Assembly: GCF_001194135.2 (NCBI RefSeq)
Contig: NC_068983.1
Location: 135,604,210 to 135,668,209 of the forward strand
DNA from: Octopus bimaculoides
Lineage: Eukaryota
Direction: 5' to 3'
DNA length: 64,000 nucleotides
Part shown: piece after piece, positions 36,740 through 49,290 of the stretch
Numbering within the stretch: the stretch's first letter is position 1
Layout of the letters: every line of letters starts with the position of its first letter
Translations under genes and position numbers: made by a program
Notes under the pieces: generated by a model
What the model was told of the DNA's origin: nothing
The model's database searches: none
Seen by the model: the letters and a program-made list of their open reading frames with translations, nothing else

Positions 36740-38183
36740 AAAAAAAGTGGAGGAATTTTCTTTCTTGATGCTCCTGGCGGCACAGGTAAAACATTTTGTA
36801 ACAACATTGCTTTTCTCCAAGGTAAAGCAACAAAAACGTATTGCAGTTGCTGTAGCATTGTCTGGCTTTGCTACCACCATTCTCTTGGGAGGACGAACCG
36901 CTCATTCTGCTTTTAAATTACAACTAAACCTGGTCACAAATGACAATCCAATTTGTAACAAGCAAAGATTCAGGTTCAGCAGAAATGTTGTGCCAATGCC
37001 ACCTTATCATCTGGGATGAATGCACCATGTCAAATAGAGGTGTAGAGGAGTTACATTAGTTTTATCAGAAGACTTCAGACAGACATTACCAGTCATTCTG
37101 AGATTAACAAGATCTGATGAAATAAAACCATGCATTAAGTCTTCACACCAATGGAATAAAGTACAGAACTTCTCCTTCAATACTAACGTGTGAGCTTATG
37201 GGGACCAATGTGCAGAACAGTTTTTAACGTGGCTCTTCCAATTAGGAAATGGGAAAGCACCATTTGATGGGAATAGTGATATCGGTTTGGCTCATATTGC
37301 TATCATGGTGAATTCTCCAGCTGAATTGAAGAACAGGATATTTCCAGACTTCATAATTATGTGAAAGGGCTATTCTTGCTCCAAAAAATGAGACAGTAGC
37401 AAGAATTAACCGTGAATTAACAAATAAGGTTCCAACAGTCATTAAGGAGTACAAATCAGTTGATTCAGTCCCACAAGCTATCCATTCCTCAATAGAGTTC
37501 CTTAATTCTGAGCCACCTGGAACTCCTCCACATAAACTTTTTCTTAAGGTAGGAATCCTAATAATGCCTCTAAAAAATTTAGTTCCTCCTAAATTATGCA
37601 ATGAGACAAGACTGATTGTGAAGACATTATCACCTAATGACCTAATGTGACAGAAGCTACCATCATCACTGGATGTGCCTTTGGGGAAGAGGTTTTTATT
37701 CCAAGAATTCCAATCAAACCAACAGACATGCCATTTGAGTTCAAATGAACACAATTCCCAGTGTGACTTTGCCTTGCAATGTCAACTAATAAAGCTCAAG
37801 GTTAGACTTTGAAATCTAGTGGCTTGCTTTTCTCATGGTCAACTTTATGTTGGTTGCTCCAGGGTTGCAAGTTTTGCAAGACTTGTTTGTCTATGCTCCA
37901 AACCAGAAAACAAAGAATGCTGTTTACCCAGAAGCTCTTCCGTAACTTCCTTCAACATATGTGATATAATTTATCTCCTTTCATAAAAGTGGTTGGTCAA
38001 TTTTGTATTTTCGTTTATTATTATTATTATTATTTTGTATTATGAATTCAGAATTGATTTCCCAATTAAAGAATAAATTGAATTTAGAATTAAAAAATTT
38101 CTATACAACATATTTTGCTTTTTTTTTTTCCAATATATAAGGAACAGTTTCATTCCTGGATAATACCAGGTGCCTCTGCTTGT
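36740..38183 (+). mobile_element. Helitron 3' portion: decayed Pif1-family helicase plus 3' terminal hairpin
   Basis: FLDAPGGTGKTF (Walker A), GGRTAHSAFKL, LIIWDECTM, DFRQTLPVI, RAILAPKN, GTPPHKLFLKVG, FIPRIP, NKAQG, FSHGQLYVGCSRV, KNAVYPEALP*; hairpin CCTGG-ATAATA-CCAGG (38155-70) then TGCCTCTGCTTGT. Confidence 0.95.
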
Positions 38184-38434
38184 AGATATATATATATAAT
38201 AAATCAGAATTTGAGTGAATCAGGCACTTATATGGTAAGGTCATTTTGAAAAGTAAAATGTGTACACAACAAAAATACAGGAATACATATGTGGGTACCA
38301 AAGTACAGGCAGAATGATATTCATCAATAGCCCTGAGGCTAGTCAAGAAATGCACATTGTACTAAATGTATAGTCCATAATATACTTCAGATCTACACAA
38401 GAAGCACGTTCTGAGAGAGGTGAATAATAAATTA

Positions 38435-38650
38435 ATAAATAACAACAGATGGATAATGCATCACTTCACTACAGCTGTTTCCAACAAATTTTTAGTTGAT
38501 CAACAGACATTACATCATTAGAAAAAAAAACATTTTCATCAGGTGAATAGATGGAACAGTTTTTACTAATGAAGTAATGTCTCCATTAATCAAAATCTCA
38601 TTGGAAACAGCTGTAGTGAATTGACGCATTATCCATCTGTTATTCATTTA
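38435..38650. mobile_element. Fold-back/MITE-like element with ~90-bp imperfect inverted arms
   Basis: AACAGATGGATAATGCATCACTTCACTACAGCTGTTTCCAA vs TTGGAAACAGCTGTAGTGAATTGACGCATTATCCATCTGTT; pairing continues inward through AGACATTAC(A/T)TCATTAG. Confidence 0.85.
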
Positions 38651-38655
38651 TATTA

Positions 38656-38777
<122 letters not shown>

Positions 38778-38898
38778 AAAAATTGTGACTAAAAGATGAA
38801 ATATATATATGAAAAATCTTTTTTTTTCTCAATTCTTCCTAAAGCATTCCAATAATATAAAAATATTCAACAAACTGTTTGTAAACAATCTTTCTTAC

Positions 38899-38962
38899 CA
38901 ACTCCATTGTTAAGAGAAATGCTTCCAGTACTTACCTGAAATATTGAAAAAGAAAAAAATTA
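38899..38962 (-). promoter_or_regulatory. Candidate recursive splice site / 37-nt RS-exon (38899-38935)
   Basis: Minus strand TTTTTTTCTTTTTCAATATTTCAG|GTAAGTAC, second donor TTG|GTAAGA 37 nt downstream. Confidence 0.4.
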
Positions 38963-39619
38963 TTAACATAAATTTCTTTTCAGAAAACTTAATAGTAATG
39001 GGGGGAAAAACGAAACAAAAACAAATTGATTTGTTATAACAATGTTTAGCACAAATAATAGGTTATAAAAACTAATACATTCAAATAATGACTAAATTAC
39101 TATATTGATGTATAAATGATTGTTTTTCTTTAAAAAAAACATTTCCAGTGCCTTAATACATTGGTTGATTTATTGTAAGGAATTAACTGAGAAGTATATT
39201 CCAATAAGATATGTTAGAACAAGGTTGTGAAACAGTTTCTTGAATTAAAATTACATACCATATTGCCAGTTACTGTTCTCTCTCCACTCTGCTATTCCCA
39301 ATAGACAACCACCCCTTATTTTTATTATATCACCAGCCACTCATATTTACCATTCCTGTTCACCATTCATCCCATATATACATTCTGGTACCTCATTACC
39401 ACCATGTCTCACTTTAGCATACTACTCTAACCATCCCCATTCACCCATGTAAATTATAAAGCAGCTATGAATCTCCTCCACAAGAATAAACTGGTATCTG
39501 TTCCTCCCATCATGCTTTAGCATTTCAACATCTTGTTTAAAGCAGCTACTCTATTTCCTATCTCCCTTCTCAGTCAAAGAGCTCTTTAGTTTTCCAAGGT
39601 AACCTTACTAGTGCTGGTG

Positions 39620-39775
39620 CCAGGAAATACAATCTATAAAGTGGTTGATGTCAGGAAGGGGATCCAACCATACAAGCCATGTCAAAACTGAAACACTGGA
39701 GCAAAATGTGGTCCTCTGACTCATTGGATCTTGTCAAAATGTCCAACCCATGCCAACATGAAAATAAATATGTCA
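39620..39775 (+). mobile_element. RTE 3'-tail fragment
   Basis: GTCAGGAAGGGGATCCAACCATAC..CAACCCATGCCAACATGAAAA. Confidence 0.7.
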
Positions 39776-39789
39776 CTTATGAAGTCCTG

Positions 39790-40118
39790 AGCATATACAG
39801 GAGCACTCCATCAGTTACAACAACAAGGGTCCCACCTGATACAATCAATAGAACAGCTTGCTTGTGAAATTAATGTGCAAGTGGCTGAGCAATCCACAGA
39901 CACGTGTACCCTTAACATAGTTCTCAAGGAGATTCAGCATGACACAGTGTGACAAGGCTGGCCCTTTGAAATACAGGTACAACTCATTTTTGCCAGCTGA
40001 GTGAACTGGAGCAATGTGAAATAAAGTGCCTTGCTCAAGGACACAATGCATCGCTTGGAATTGAACTCATGACCTTACAATTGTAAGTCGAATGCCCTAA
40101 CCATTAAGCCACGCACCT
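39790..40118 (-). mobile_element. Family C tRNA-derived SINE, near full length
   Basis: Head GGTGCGTGGCTTAATGGTTAGGGCATTCG..GAGTTCAATTCC (A and B boxes); body homologous to 2975-3290. Confidence 0.9.
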
Positions 40119-40132
40119 TCTACAGATAATTG

Positions 40133-40165
<33 letters not shown>

Positions 40166-40320
40166 CAGTAATGTGCAATGAAATTGGAACAAAATATTTC
40201 TGAGTGTGGAATGTTATCTACACTAAAATACTTCAAAATAGCGAAAAATAATTCTTTCTTTCTGTGGGCATAGCAATTCAGGTTTAGATGGTAGTGGGTA
40301 TGAAAAACTGAAGTGCTTAC

Positions 40321-40358
40321 AATTTCCCCAATGACATTAGCAACAAATTCAATCCATT
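40321..40358 (-). CDS. Candidate small exon (WIEFVANVIGEI)
   Basis: Acceptor GTGAATTTCTTGTTAG, donor ATT|GTAAGC, 38 nt with one open frame. Confidence 0.2.
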
Positions 40359-40484
40359 CTAACAAGAAATTCACAACATGACATCTACATCAATACATCA
40401 AATTATTACTATAAATTATTCCAGACTCGTACCAATGCTGTCCAATATCTATCAGAAATATGACAGATATTAGATACCTTTAAA

Positions 40485-41205
40485 TTCCCCCATGTGGATC
40501 CAACTGAGGGACCAGGTATCAGGGTTGACAGTAACCTGATAAAGTAATTCAGAGTCCAAAAACTCCAAAAGCCCTTTGCCCATCAGAAATTGCTGCCAAG
40601 ATGAATCAGGTTGTCTGGGAAAGGATCATACCCAATAACTCAATGACTTGTGTAGAAGCATTATAGTCAACTGCTACAAAAGGAAAGTGATGCCTCAGAC
40701 TGAAGTAATTACAGAGGTATCAAATTACTGGACCACATCATACAAATTACAGAAAGGGTATAAGCTCAACTAATTAAGAAGGTTGACCTAAATGAGATGC
40801 AGTTTGGTCTCGTGCCAAGGAAAAGCACTGCTGATGCTATCTTCCAAGTAAAACAACTGCAAGAGAAGCACTTGGCCAAAAATAAACTGCTGTTCTTGGC
40901 ATTTGTTAACATGGAGAAAGCCTTTCACAAGGTCTCTCACTCACTAATCTGTCACAAGTTAGGGATAGATGAGTAGTTAGTGAGAGTTGTACAAGTGATA
41001 CTGTCAACAAGATGAATGCCAGCACTGAATACAGTTACAAATTTAGTGTGCAGGTAGTTCACCAAGGATCAGCTCTCAGCCCCCTCTTGTTTATCAATCA
41101 TCCAGGCCATAACTGAAGAATCTAAAACTGTTTGCCTTCCAGAGCTCTTCTATGCTGATGACCTTGTCCTTACAGCTGAATCTCTACTAGAGTTAGATAA
41201 GAACA
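40485..41205 (+). mobile_element. RTE LINE RT fragment (pseudogene)
   Basis: PHVDPTEGP, EMQFGLVPRKSTADAIFQVKQLQEKHLAKNKLLFLAFVNMEKAF, HQGSALSPLLFI, ELFYADDLVLTAES (YADD). Confidence 0.92.
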
Positions 41206-41221
41206 GGGAAATAGCCCTGTT

Positions 41222-41600
41222 CAATGTGTAAAAAAAAGTGGTTAGCATTAGGAAGGACATCCAGTCATAGAAACCATGCCAAAGCAGACAGCAGAGCTTG
41301 GTGTAGTCTTTTGACTTGCTTGTTCCTGTCAAACCATCCAACCAAAATTTTTACTTCATTCATAGTACCCCACCTAGCATGACGCTGACCCACCACCTAC
41401 ACCAGGGTTTGTAGTTCTGCAAACTGCATGGCGACCTTAATAGTGTGGATGGCATAGAAAAAGCACCCAGCCCACCTTGTAAAGTGGTTGTCATTAAGAA
41501 GGGGATCCAGCAGTAAAAACCATGCTAAAGCAGACATTGGATCCTGTCAAACCGTCTAACCCATGCCAGCATGGAAAATGGATGTTAAATGATGATGATA
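41222..41600 (+). mobile_element. Two tandem RTE 3'-tail copies
   Basis: GCATTAGGAAGGACATCCAG..AAACCATCCAACC and TAAGAAGGGGATCCAGC..CCCATGCCAGCATGGAAAATGGATGTTAAATGATGATG. Confidence 0.85.
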
Positions 41601-41624
41601 TATCTCAAAAGGGGAAAATGTGAT

Positions 41625-41845
41625 TTAATCCTTTTATTATATTGTTGCTAAAATACATGGTCTTTGCTTTATTTTTGAAAATAATTAAGAATTTATTAAA
41701 ATAAATTTGTCACTATTAAGCTGGTGTTTGGAATATAAATTAACATGAAATTTTGATGGAAGGTTTTCATTGAGATCAATTTAAAACAGTGAATTTGTGT
41801 CAGAGCTAAGGGTGATTTCAGGCAGGTTGATATCAAATGGGTTAA
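41625..41845. mobile_element. TTAA-flanked MITE (piggyBac-type ends)
   Basis: Left TTAATCCTTTT, right AAATGGGTTAA; interior (GTGTTTGGAATATAAATTAA) resembles the left arm of the piggyBac copies. Confidence 0.7.
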
Positions 41846-42736
41846 ATTAAATGCTTTTTTCCCCTTGATTCAAATATTTTAGTTTTATTAGTAGATCCAT
41901 CCCCCATTCTTTATATTCCACATATATATTAAGAATTAAAAGAGAAGACATTGGTCAATTTATTGATAGAATATTTTAGAGTGTCACCCATCAAGTCTAT
42001 CAAATCTGATTCAGTAATGGTTACGCAATTTTGATTCATTATGTGACAAAGGAAACACTACTAAAATTGTTAAAAATTTATAACAAAATTTTCACATAAG
42101 AACTTGATTTCGGAAATATAAAGTTTATTCAGATTCTGAAACATGTGCTTCAAAAATAAATCAGGATTATCACTATCTTCTCATATCTGATGGTTGTATT
42201 AGAATGTCTTTGGCAGTTGTCTAACAGAAAAAGAAACCAACAAACAGTATGTTTGGCATCATTTCAATGCTATCTTAATATAGATAAGGTAATTCCAAAA
42301 ATCTCTGAAAGGAGAGATGAGGGGAGATAGCTAGATCCAGATCAGTAAACATCAGTAGTAACAATCTTTTGGTGAAAAATTCAGCTGTGAATATAAAATA
42401 GTCCTAATACCACAAGAGGACCATTTCACTTGATGCAGAAATGAAAACAACAACAAAATTAATCCATTTCATTCACTACTGGCTTGAAAGACAACTTGGA
42501 TGTCTTACAGAATAAAAAGTCAGATTTGCCACAGTATGGATGTTTAATTGAATAAATACTAATCTAACTAAACAAGGTTCTTAAAAATAATAGTCCCTTG
42601 GAATAAATAAGGACTAATTACACAATAAGTTTTTTGGCCAACCATTGCAACAGGAAAGTAAAATGGCTGAGTGACTATGGAAAAGGATGAGCAATCTATA
42701 AAATCTAGAGGTAGTCCAATTTTCACAGTAGCAGTA

Positions 42737-44010
42737 TACAGAGTGCAATGGGTAAATTGTTGCCACTTTATATTTTTAATTTTGCACATTGTTTTTGATT
42801 TTGTCAACTACACAGTATAGTAGGGTCAGTTGGGCACCATCTGCAAGAAAAACAGTGCCATGATGCAATTCACTCTGCCAGAAATTTGGAAACAATATGC
42901 TGTACTGCTTGGCATCCACACCAGAAGCTCCAATATGAACATTTCAGAATGTTTGGAAGCCAATCTGAGGACAGTGCAGAGGATTCGGAAAGAATTGGAT
43001 GAGTCTAATGGTGATTACAAAGCTACAGTAGCTTGGAAAACTCACTCTGGTCATTCTGATAAGAACTCTTGAAATGGTTGGTGAGATCTAAACCATAATT
43101 GACAACAATCCCTCCAAATCAATCAGGTCCATCGCCAGACAGGGGAGTGTCTGAGCTTCTTATCAGACAGGTAGTGCATTAAGACATTCAGTATTCCTCA
43201 TACAAGAGGAGAAAGGGCTAATTTTTATCCCAAGCTATCAAGGACAAGAGGAAAGAACATGCTACAAAGCTTTTGAACTAACTCAAGCATCCCCTCCAAC
43301 CAAAAAATACTTTGATTTTTCTCAGATGAGAAAAATTTCTGCCAGGATCAGACGGTGAACAAACAGAACAATAGTTGGCTTGCCGTGTCCCCAAACCATG
43401 TACTGAGAGTGATAAAAATCAAACATCCAGTCAACAGCATGGTATTTGGACTGATCACTAGTGATGGCAACATTATTCCTCCATTCATCTTGCCACACAG
43501 CCTCAGCCTCAACATGGAAGCTTACATCAAGTGTCTGGAGGAGGTAGTGTTGTCCTGGGTCAAGAGGGTGACTGCTGGAAGACTGTGTCAGGCAACAGGA
43601 TTCTGCACCATGCCACACAGGAGAACCCAGTCATGGCTGTCAGACAATTTCTGAAACCACATCACCCCTAACATCTGGCCACCTAACCCCCCACACTGCA
43701 ACCCCTTGATTATTACGTGTGGGGTGCAGTTGCGCGAGCGACCAACAAAACTCCTTGTAACACCAAAGATGAACTGAAGGCAAGGATTATGGCAGCATTC
43801 ACCAACTTAAACAAGGAGACTGTCCAGAAGAGTTGCAGGAGATTCCTAAGTCATCTGGAGGCCGTGGTTGAAGCCAATGGCGATTTTATTGAATAAATTT
43901 ACTTAGCATTTCAAGATAATTTTATGTAATTTTGGTAAAAATATCTGTTAAATTGAGATATATTATTTTCAGTATTGTATAATTTTGACGACAATTCACC
44001 ACACCCCATA
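42737..44010 (+). mobile_element. Tc1/mariner DD37D (maT-like) transposon, near full length, transposase pseudogene
   Basis: FFSDEKNFCQD, MVFGLITSDG, QDSAPCH, WPPNPPHCNPLDYYVWG, LEAVVEANGDFIE*; spacing fits DD37D after repairing a frameshift; degenerate TIRs with TA at 42737 and 44009. Confidence 0.92.
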
Positions 44011-45484
44011 GGTCATGTATACAATTCTATGAATATCAGTGATAACATTTAAGACCTGGGGATATTAGATAATGATATCTTAATATTCTACCAAAGGGAG
44101 AAATTTCTCTTACATCCTCTTCAAGTAATGAAAGCATCGACTGTTATAAGTTTCTAAGTGGCTCTAACAGATTTATATTATATTTTAACATCAGCAACAA
44201 TGAATGTTGGCCTAGTCCAGTGCATCTAAAACTGTTTTTGTAACTATAGCTCCCTTTTCTTTTACTAACACTTTTACGATGTCCCTATGCTACAATGCAA
44301 TCACAACTAAATTGCTGCTGACTGATTTGCCATTAAAAGACCACTTGCATATGTAAAGTCAAAACATTTCAACCACTTATGTTATGAAATGATTCACACA
44401 CATTAAAAATTGAAAATATTTTAGAAAATTAGGGTAGTTAAAAGATGTATCTCTTTCCCAGCACCACCTGTTTCATAAAAATTTCCACCCCTTCTTGGCC
44501 AGTACACTCTGAGAAGTACTGGCCAAGTCTGTCATGACCTTGTTAGAACAAATAATCAACTGAAAGTTACTTACAATGGCAAATCTAAAGAGTAGCTTTA
44601 AAAAATTTGGCAGAAAATTAGGTAAGTGAAGATTTTTTGATTACTGATAAAACATAGGTGAATTATTTCTGAGGAAAAGGACACATTGTGTAAAACAAAT
44701 CAACACTAGCTTCAGTAACCTTTCTTAATGCCTATTACATCAATCTGCACCTGAAAGTTTATATTCCTATTCAATTCTAAAAGACATTTTACCACTAAAT
44801 GGCTGCTTGCACATTATGAATATTGCCCTTCCTTTCTGATCAATAATTACACATTTAAAATGATAATTATATTATCAGCAATTTTCCTGCTTTAACTTTT
44901 TTACTCTTCTAATTACAGCAAAATGGGAGCTCTGAAGGGAATTACAAGAAATATTAACGTGAGTACATTTTAATAGTGCCTCTGTAATGAGATGACAGCT
45001 TAATACAATGAGGCACTTGATTAAATCTCTTAACAGTTATGGGTATATAAAACTCTGTAATTAATTTTGCTAAATTTTACTAAAATTGGTTTCTCACAAA
45101 TACACACATGGTCTTGAATTTATAAAGATTTATAGAAAATTAAATTGTGTGACATGCTTTCCCTTGGGTTTTAAAAGTAAAAATAAAGTAATTTTAATTG
45201 GGAATCAAACCTAAAAATAGGAACACCATGTCACTTTCTTTCTAGCTTCTCCTAAACAAATACATCTAAACTTGAATACTTAAAGGCTCGTTGTTCATTA
45301 AAGTAAACAAAATAGTTTTTACCTTATCTTTTTGTTAAAGATTTGCCATCAGAATTTGCAGGCTGTTTACTATGGCTGAACCAACATCGAGTGCCTTTAA
45401 TAAATTAGGATATGTACAAGATAAAAGTGGCTAAAAATTAACTTAGCAGGAATGATGCCACAGCTATAGTTAGACAAGAAAGTC

Positions 45485-45700
45485 GGTATATCTCAGTCTC
45501 TATGTGTTATTAGACCTGCTAGAAATAGCAGTCCCTCAAATTATACCAACTGTTTTAGAGAGGAGGGGGAAAAAAAAAGTCACTGGATATTGTATTCTAA
45601 AGTTCAGTGGCAGAGAAAAATATAGGACAATCATGGCTGTGATGCCTTTGATCAAAAGTCTGTTCAATGAGGACCAACTCTGAGCAGACAAGTGCTGTTA
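45485..45700 (+). repeat. Probable interspersed repeat (unclassified)
   Basis: GACCTGCTAGAAATAGCAG..CATGGCTGTGATGCCTTTGATCA recalled as a common Octopus repeat; only weak partial echoes in the window (e.g. 60115-60150). Confidence 0.4.
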
Positions 45701-45801
45701 ATCAGATACTAAGTGAAGTATTATTTTATTTCAGTTTTAAGAAAAAAAAAAGAAAAAAATTACACGATTTAGAAAATTTTAACACTTTACCACAAACTTA
45801 C

Positions 45802-45862
45802 TCAAAAAGCATGCAGAGAAGAAAATTAAACCAATTAGAGAGATAAATCTGGGTAGCAAATG
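45802..45862 (-). CDS. Candidate small exon (HLLPRFISLIGLIFFSACFL or FATQIYLSNWFNFLLCMLF)
   Basis: Acceptor CTTTTCTGTCATTTGCTTTTTAG, donor TGA|GTAAGT, two open frames. Confidence 0.2.
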
Positions 45863-47839
45863 CTAAAAAGCAAATGACAGAAAAGCTTCTCTGAATAAAT
45901 CTTGTATATTTCTTATTTTCATCACTACTGAGGTTTCTTAATGACAAGATTAAAATGCAAGACAGTTTAGATGGAAGGTGGAGACGGTGGATGGAAAAAC
46001 CCAAAGAATCAGAGCGAGAGAATGAAAGAAAAAAAGAAAATACTAGAAATTAATTTGAAACACACATGGAGGCACTAACACACACAAAGACATGAATATA
46101 TCAGTTATTTTAAAGCCAACTCAAAACATGTTGCTATGTTAAGACATTATATCTGGGAATATACACACAGCAGCTGTTTATGAGTATTTGACATCAAAAT
46201 GTATTTAGTAAATCCAGTATATTATATTAATATATCCAAGAGTTCAACTAACAAAACAACTGGTAGACATTAAATATCTGCAGATTTATTCAAATATTTT
46301 ATTGTTGAATTAAAAGAAAACAAAAAGTCAATCACTAGTTCAATTTTAACATGGAAAAGGTGCTACATGAGTTTTGAAATTAAAAACTGATAATTCATTT
46401 GCTACTCAAAATTTGAAGGAGTACTGATTAATCTTCATTATCTGTAATAGGTTAGGTCAAGATTTTGAACACCTGCTCAATGACCATATTCCTGAAAAAG
46501 GCACTCTTCCAAAAAGTCATTAACATCTTACGAAATTTTTCAAAAAAAGAAAAAAAACAAACAAACTATTCCCTTAAAGTAAAAAAGTTAGTAAAACTAT
46601 AATCAAAGACATCCCACTTGTGACCATCCTGCATTTTCTTCAGACAGAGTATCAAGAACTATATTATTGAATGCATATTTTCCTTTAAGAAGGTAGGATG
46701 AGATTTAAGAAGACTTGGTTGATATTTCAACCTAGTTGAGTGACTGTGTAAAGATTCTCTCACAGGCTTAAGTGAAAGTTTGACTCGGTCAAAAGTGTCA
46801 AATTGGTTGTAAATGGGAAGTGTAAATATTAATAACCTTGTCCCTATCTTTGTAAAATGTGTGTAAAGCTAAGGGAAGAACAAGAAAATATAATAGTAGC
46901 AGTAGAGAAAGTAGCAATAACATTGGTGTCGATAATGGTAAATAAGAAGCGAGAGAGGCTGTAATGATATAACTGCATTTTTAGTTTTTTCTTTTTCCCT
47001 CCTTCATTATCAACACCAATATCGCTGCTGTTGCTTGCACCATCACTATTATTACAACCAAGTTCTTTTTTTGTGTGTGTATGCATGTTTTGTAGTTTGT
47101 TGTGGTGAGTATTCATGTGTTTATATATTTTAGCCTGTAATGCATGCAAAAAAAAGTATTAAAAGACAGTGTTAGATAGAAATCTCTTTCTTGTCAAGTG
47201 TAACACATAGTTCAAATCTTATTTTCAGTTATTATCAAAATATGGTAATATACTTATTTACTAAATCAATGTAGTATTTATAAGTATAAATAAATAAGTT
47301 CATCACAATATTATGAAGGAAATGACAGGATATTATTACCAACAGAGGATATGTTTGGGGCTGACCATTGTACCACAAAAATGGGCTATGGATTTTCGAC
47401 AAGTACAGCTCATATTATAAAAAAAATAAACCAACAGCCTATAAAAATTATAAATAAAATTAAATACAGCGAGTTGATACTTGAGATTTAATTTCACTGA
47501 AACCAAGTAATACTTGATAAATCCAGTCAGATTTATCAGGTTACTGCTTTATTAGCAAAGATTTGCATGTCATTAATCAGATTCTGTGCTAGTTAAAACA
47601 TTTGCTAGTGTAGTTCACCCCACTATAATTAAATACCACATTACAGATTTAGGATATTCAAGCTGAACATTAGCCACATCAGTTTCATCAATTTGGGAGA
47701 ATCTGCTGAGATCAGTGGACATTGATCTGTCTTCCTCTGGCTAATTTATATATAAAAACTTAGTCTTATGAGTAGTTGTGGTAAAGCACACAAGGATTTC
47801 ATTAGTTTACAATATTAATGAGTTTACATCTTCAAACCC

Positions 47840-48055
47840 AAAATGGGCTACTCGACCTAAAGAAAATGTTGACTGGGCCTCACCTGCAAGGTCATGTGCT
47901 ATTTATCTTGATATGAAATCACCATGTTGTACACATATGGCTGTAATGCATGTACCTGGTGTACCCTTATAAGAGGGGTAGTTATGATGGGTATATTGGG
48001 CTGTGTATATTTGTACCCTAGTGTCACTTTGATGGCATATGCTACTTTCTCATTC
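47840..48055 (-). mobile_element. Interspersed repeat family D
   Basis: Reverse-complement homologue of 26745-26870. Confidence 0.75.
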
Positions 48056-48262
48056 AATAATAATCCTTTCTACAATAGGCATAAGGCCCAAAATCTTCTC
48101 TGGGAGTGGGGGATGGCTAGTTGACTACATTGACCCCCACTGCTTAACTGGTACTTATTTCCTTAACTCTGAGAAAATAAAAGGCAATTTGACCTTGGTG
48201 GAATTTGAACACAGAATGCGAGTAAGCATTTTGTCCATTCTGCTAGCTTGCCACCTTATAAT
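48056..48262 (-). mobile_element. Family A SINE
   Basis: GGCATAAGGCCCAAAATC..AACTGGTACTTATTT..AAGGCAATTTGACC..ATTTGAACACAGAATG. Confidence 0.85.
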
Positions 48263-48436
48263 AAATTCCTACACAGAACAAGACTATAAACTTAAGGAGA
48301 GGTATAGGTAATAAAACCAACTGTTACTTGACTGGTACTAAACTGATTTTAAGATAAAAGATAGTCAATCTTGGAAGGATTTGAATATGAAAATAAAATA
48401 ACTAAACACCATAAAGCAGTTTGTCTTTCAGTCAGT

Positions 48437-48494
48437 TGTCTGTCATTCACTGCTTTTGATAACAATGTCTGTCATTCACTGCTTTTGATAACAA
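48437..48494. repeat. Perfect 29-bp tandem duplication
   Basis: TGTCTGTCATTCACTGCTTTTGATAACAA x2. Confidence 0.95.
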
Positions 48495-48904
48495 TATCAA
48501 TACATAAGGGAGCTAAATTAACAAATGTGCCCAGTGGGACTCAAATCTTCTCATTGATGTTTCTGGTTACTGCATTATTCTCTTCATGCATGCAGACATT
48601 ATAGTTTACATATTTTGCTTTATTTAAAAATGTAAACCTAATTAGCAATTACTCCTAAATTAAACAGTAAATTTAATTTATTTTCCAAGAACATTGGTCA
48701 TAAAGAAAATTACAAACAGAGTTTCTTGTAAAATGATCTGTGAAAAATGGCTATTTTATCACCAATGATATTTGATAAAAGATTTTACAATCTACCTAAT
48801 CAAATCAAAACAAGAGAGAAATGAATAATAAAGTTTTACTCAAGAGCATAAATTCTTCCCATCTTTCAAAAAAATAAATAGATAAATGAAAATGATTTCT
48901 AATG

Positions 48905-49290
48905 TAGGTACAGGCGTAGTTGTGTGGTCAAGAAGTTCATTTTGCAAAAGTGGTTTCAGGCTCAGTCCCACAGCATAGCACCTTGGGTAAGTATCTTTGG
49001 TGCAAAGAAACTGAATCACATGTGTATGTATGTGTATAAAAATGTGTATGTGTGAGTGTGGGTCTCCTTGTCTTGACATACATTAAATGTAAACAAACAT
49101 TACTGCCATACAAGCTGTAGCATTTACATGCAAGCTTCTATGAACATGTATACAACCATTGTGCTGTCCATGCTTGAAGGACTAGGGAAACAGATGAGGG
49201 TTGGTAACACAAACTGCATCTTGCCATAGAAAATCAGCAACTCCAAGTTTCATTTGACACATGTAAGCATGGAAAAGTAGGCAGCAAAAC
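48905..49290 (+). mobile_element. Family B SINE with RTE-like tail
   Basis: CAGGCGTAGTTGTGTGGTCAAGAAG..GCTCAGTCCCACAGCATAGCACCTTGGG; tail CATGTAAGCATGGAAAAGTAGG. Confidence 0.75.

Noticed and set aside
37242-37754. 170-aa minus-strand ORF as a gene
   Set aside because: It is the antisense shadow of the Helitron helicase on the plus strand.
40040-40118. Functional tRNA gene (also 2985-3060)
   Set aside because: A and B boxes are present, but there is no acceptor stem and the sequence runs into a repeated SINE body.
43322-43618. 98-aa minus-strand ORF
   Set aside because: Antisense to the DD37D transposase.
45322-45395. Minus-strand exon candidate
   Set aside because: Stops in all three frames before the donor.
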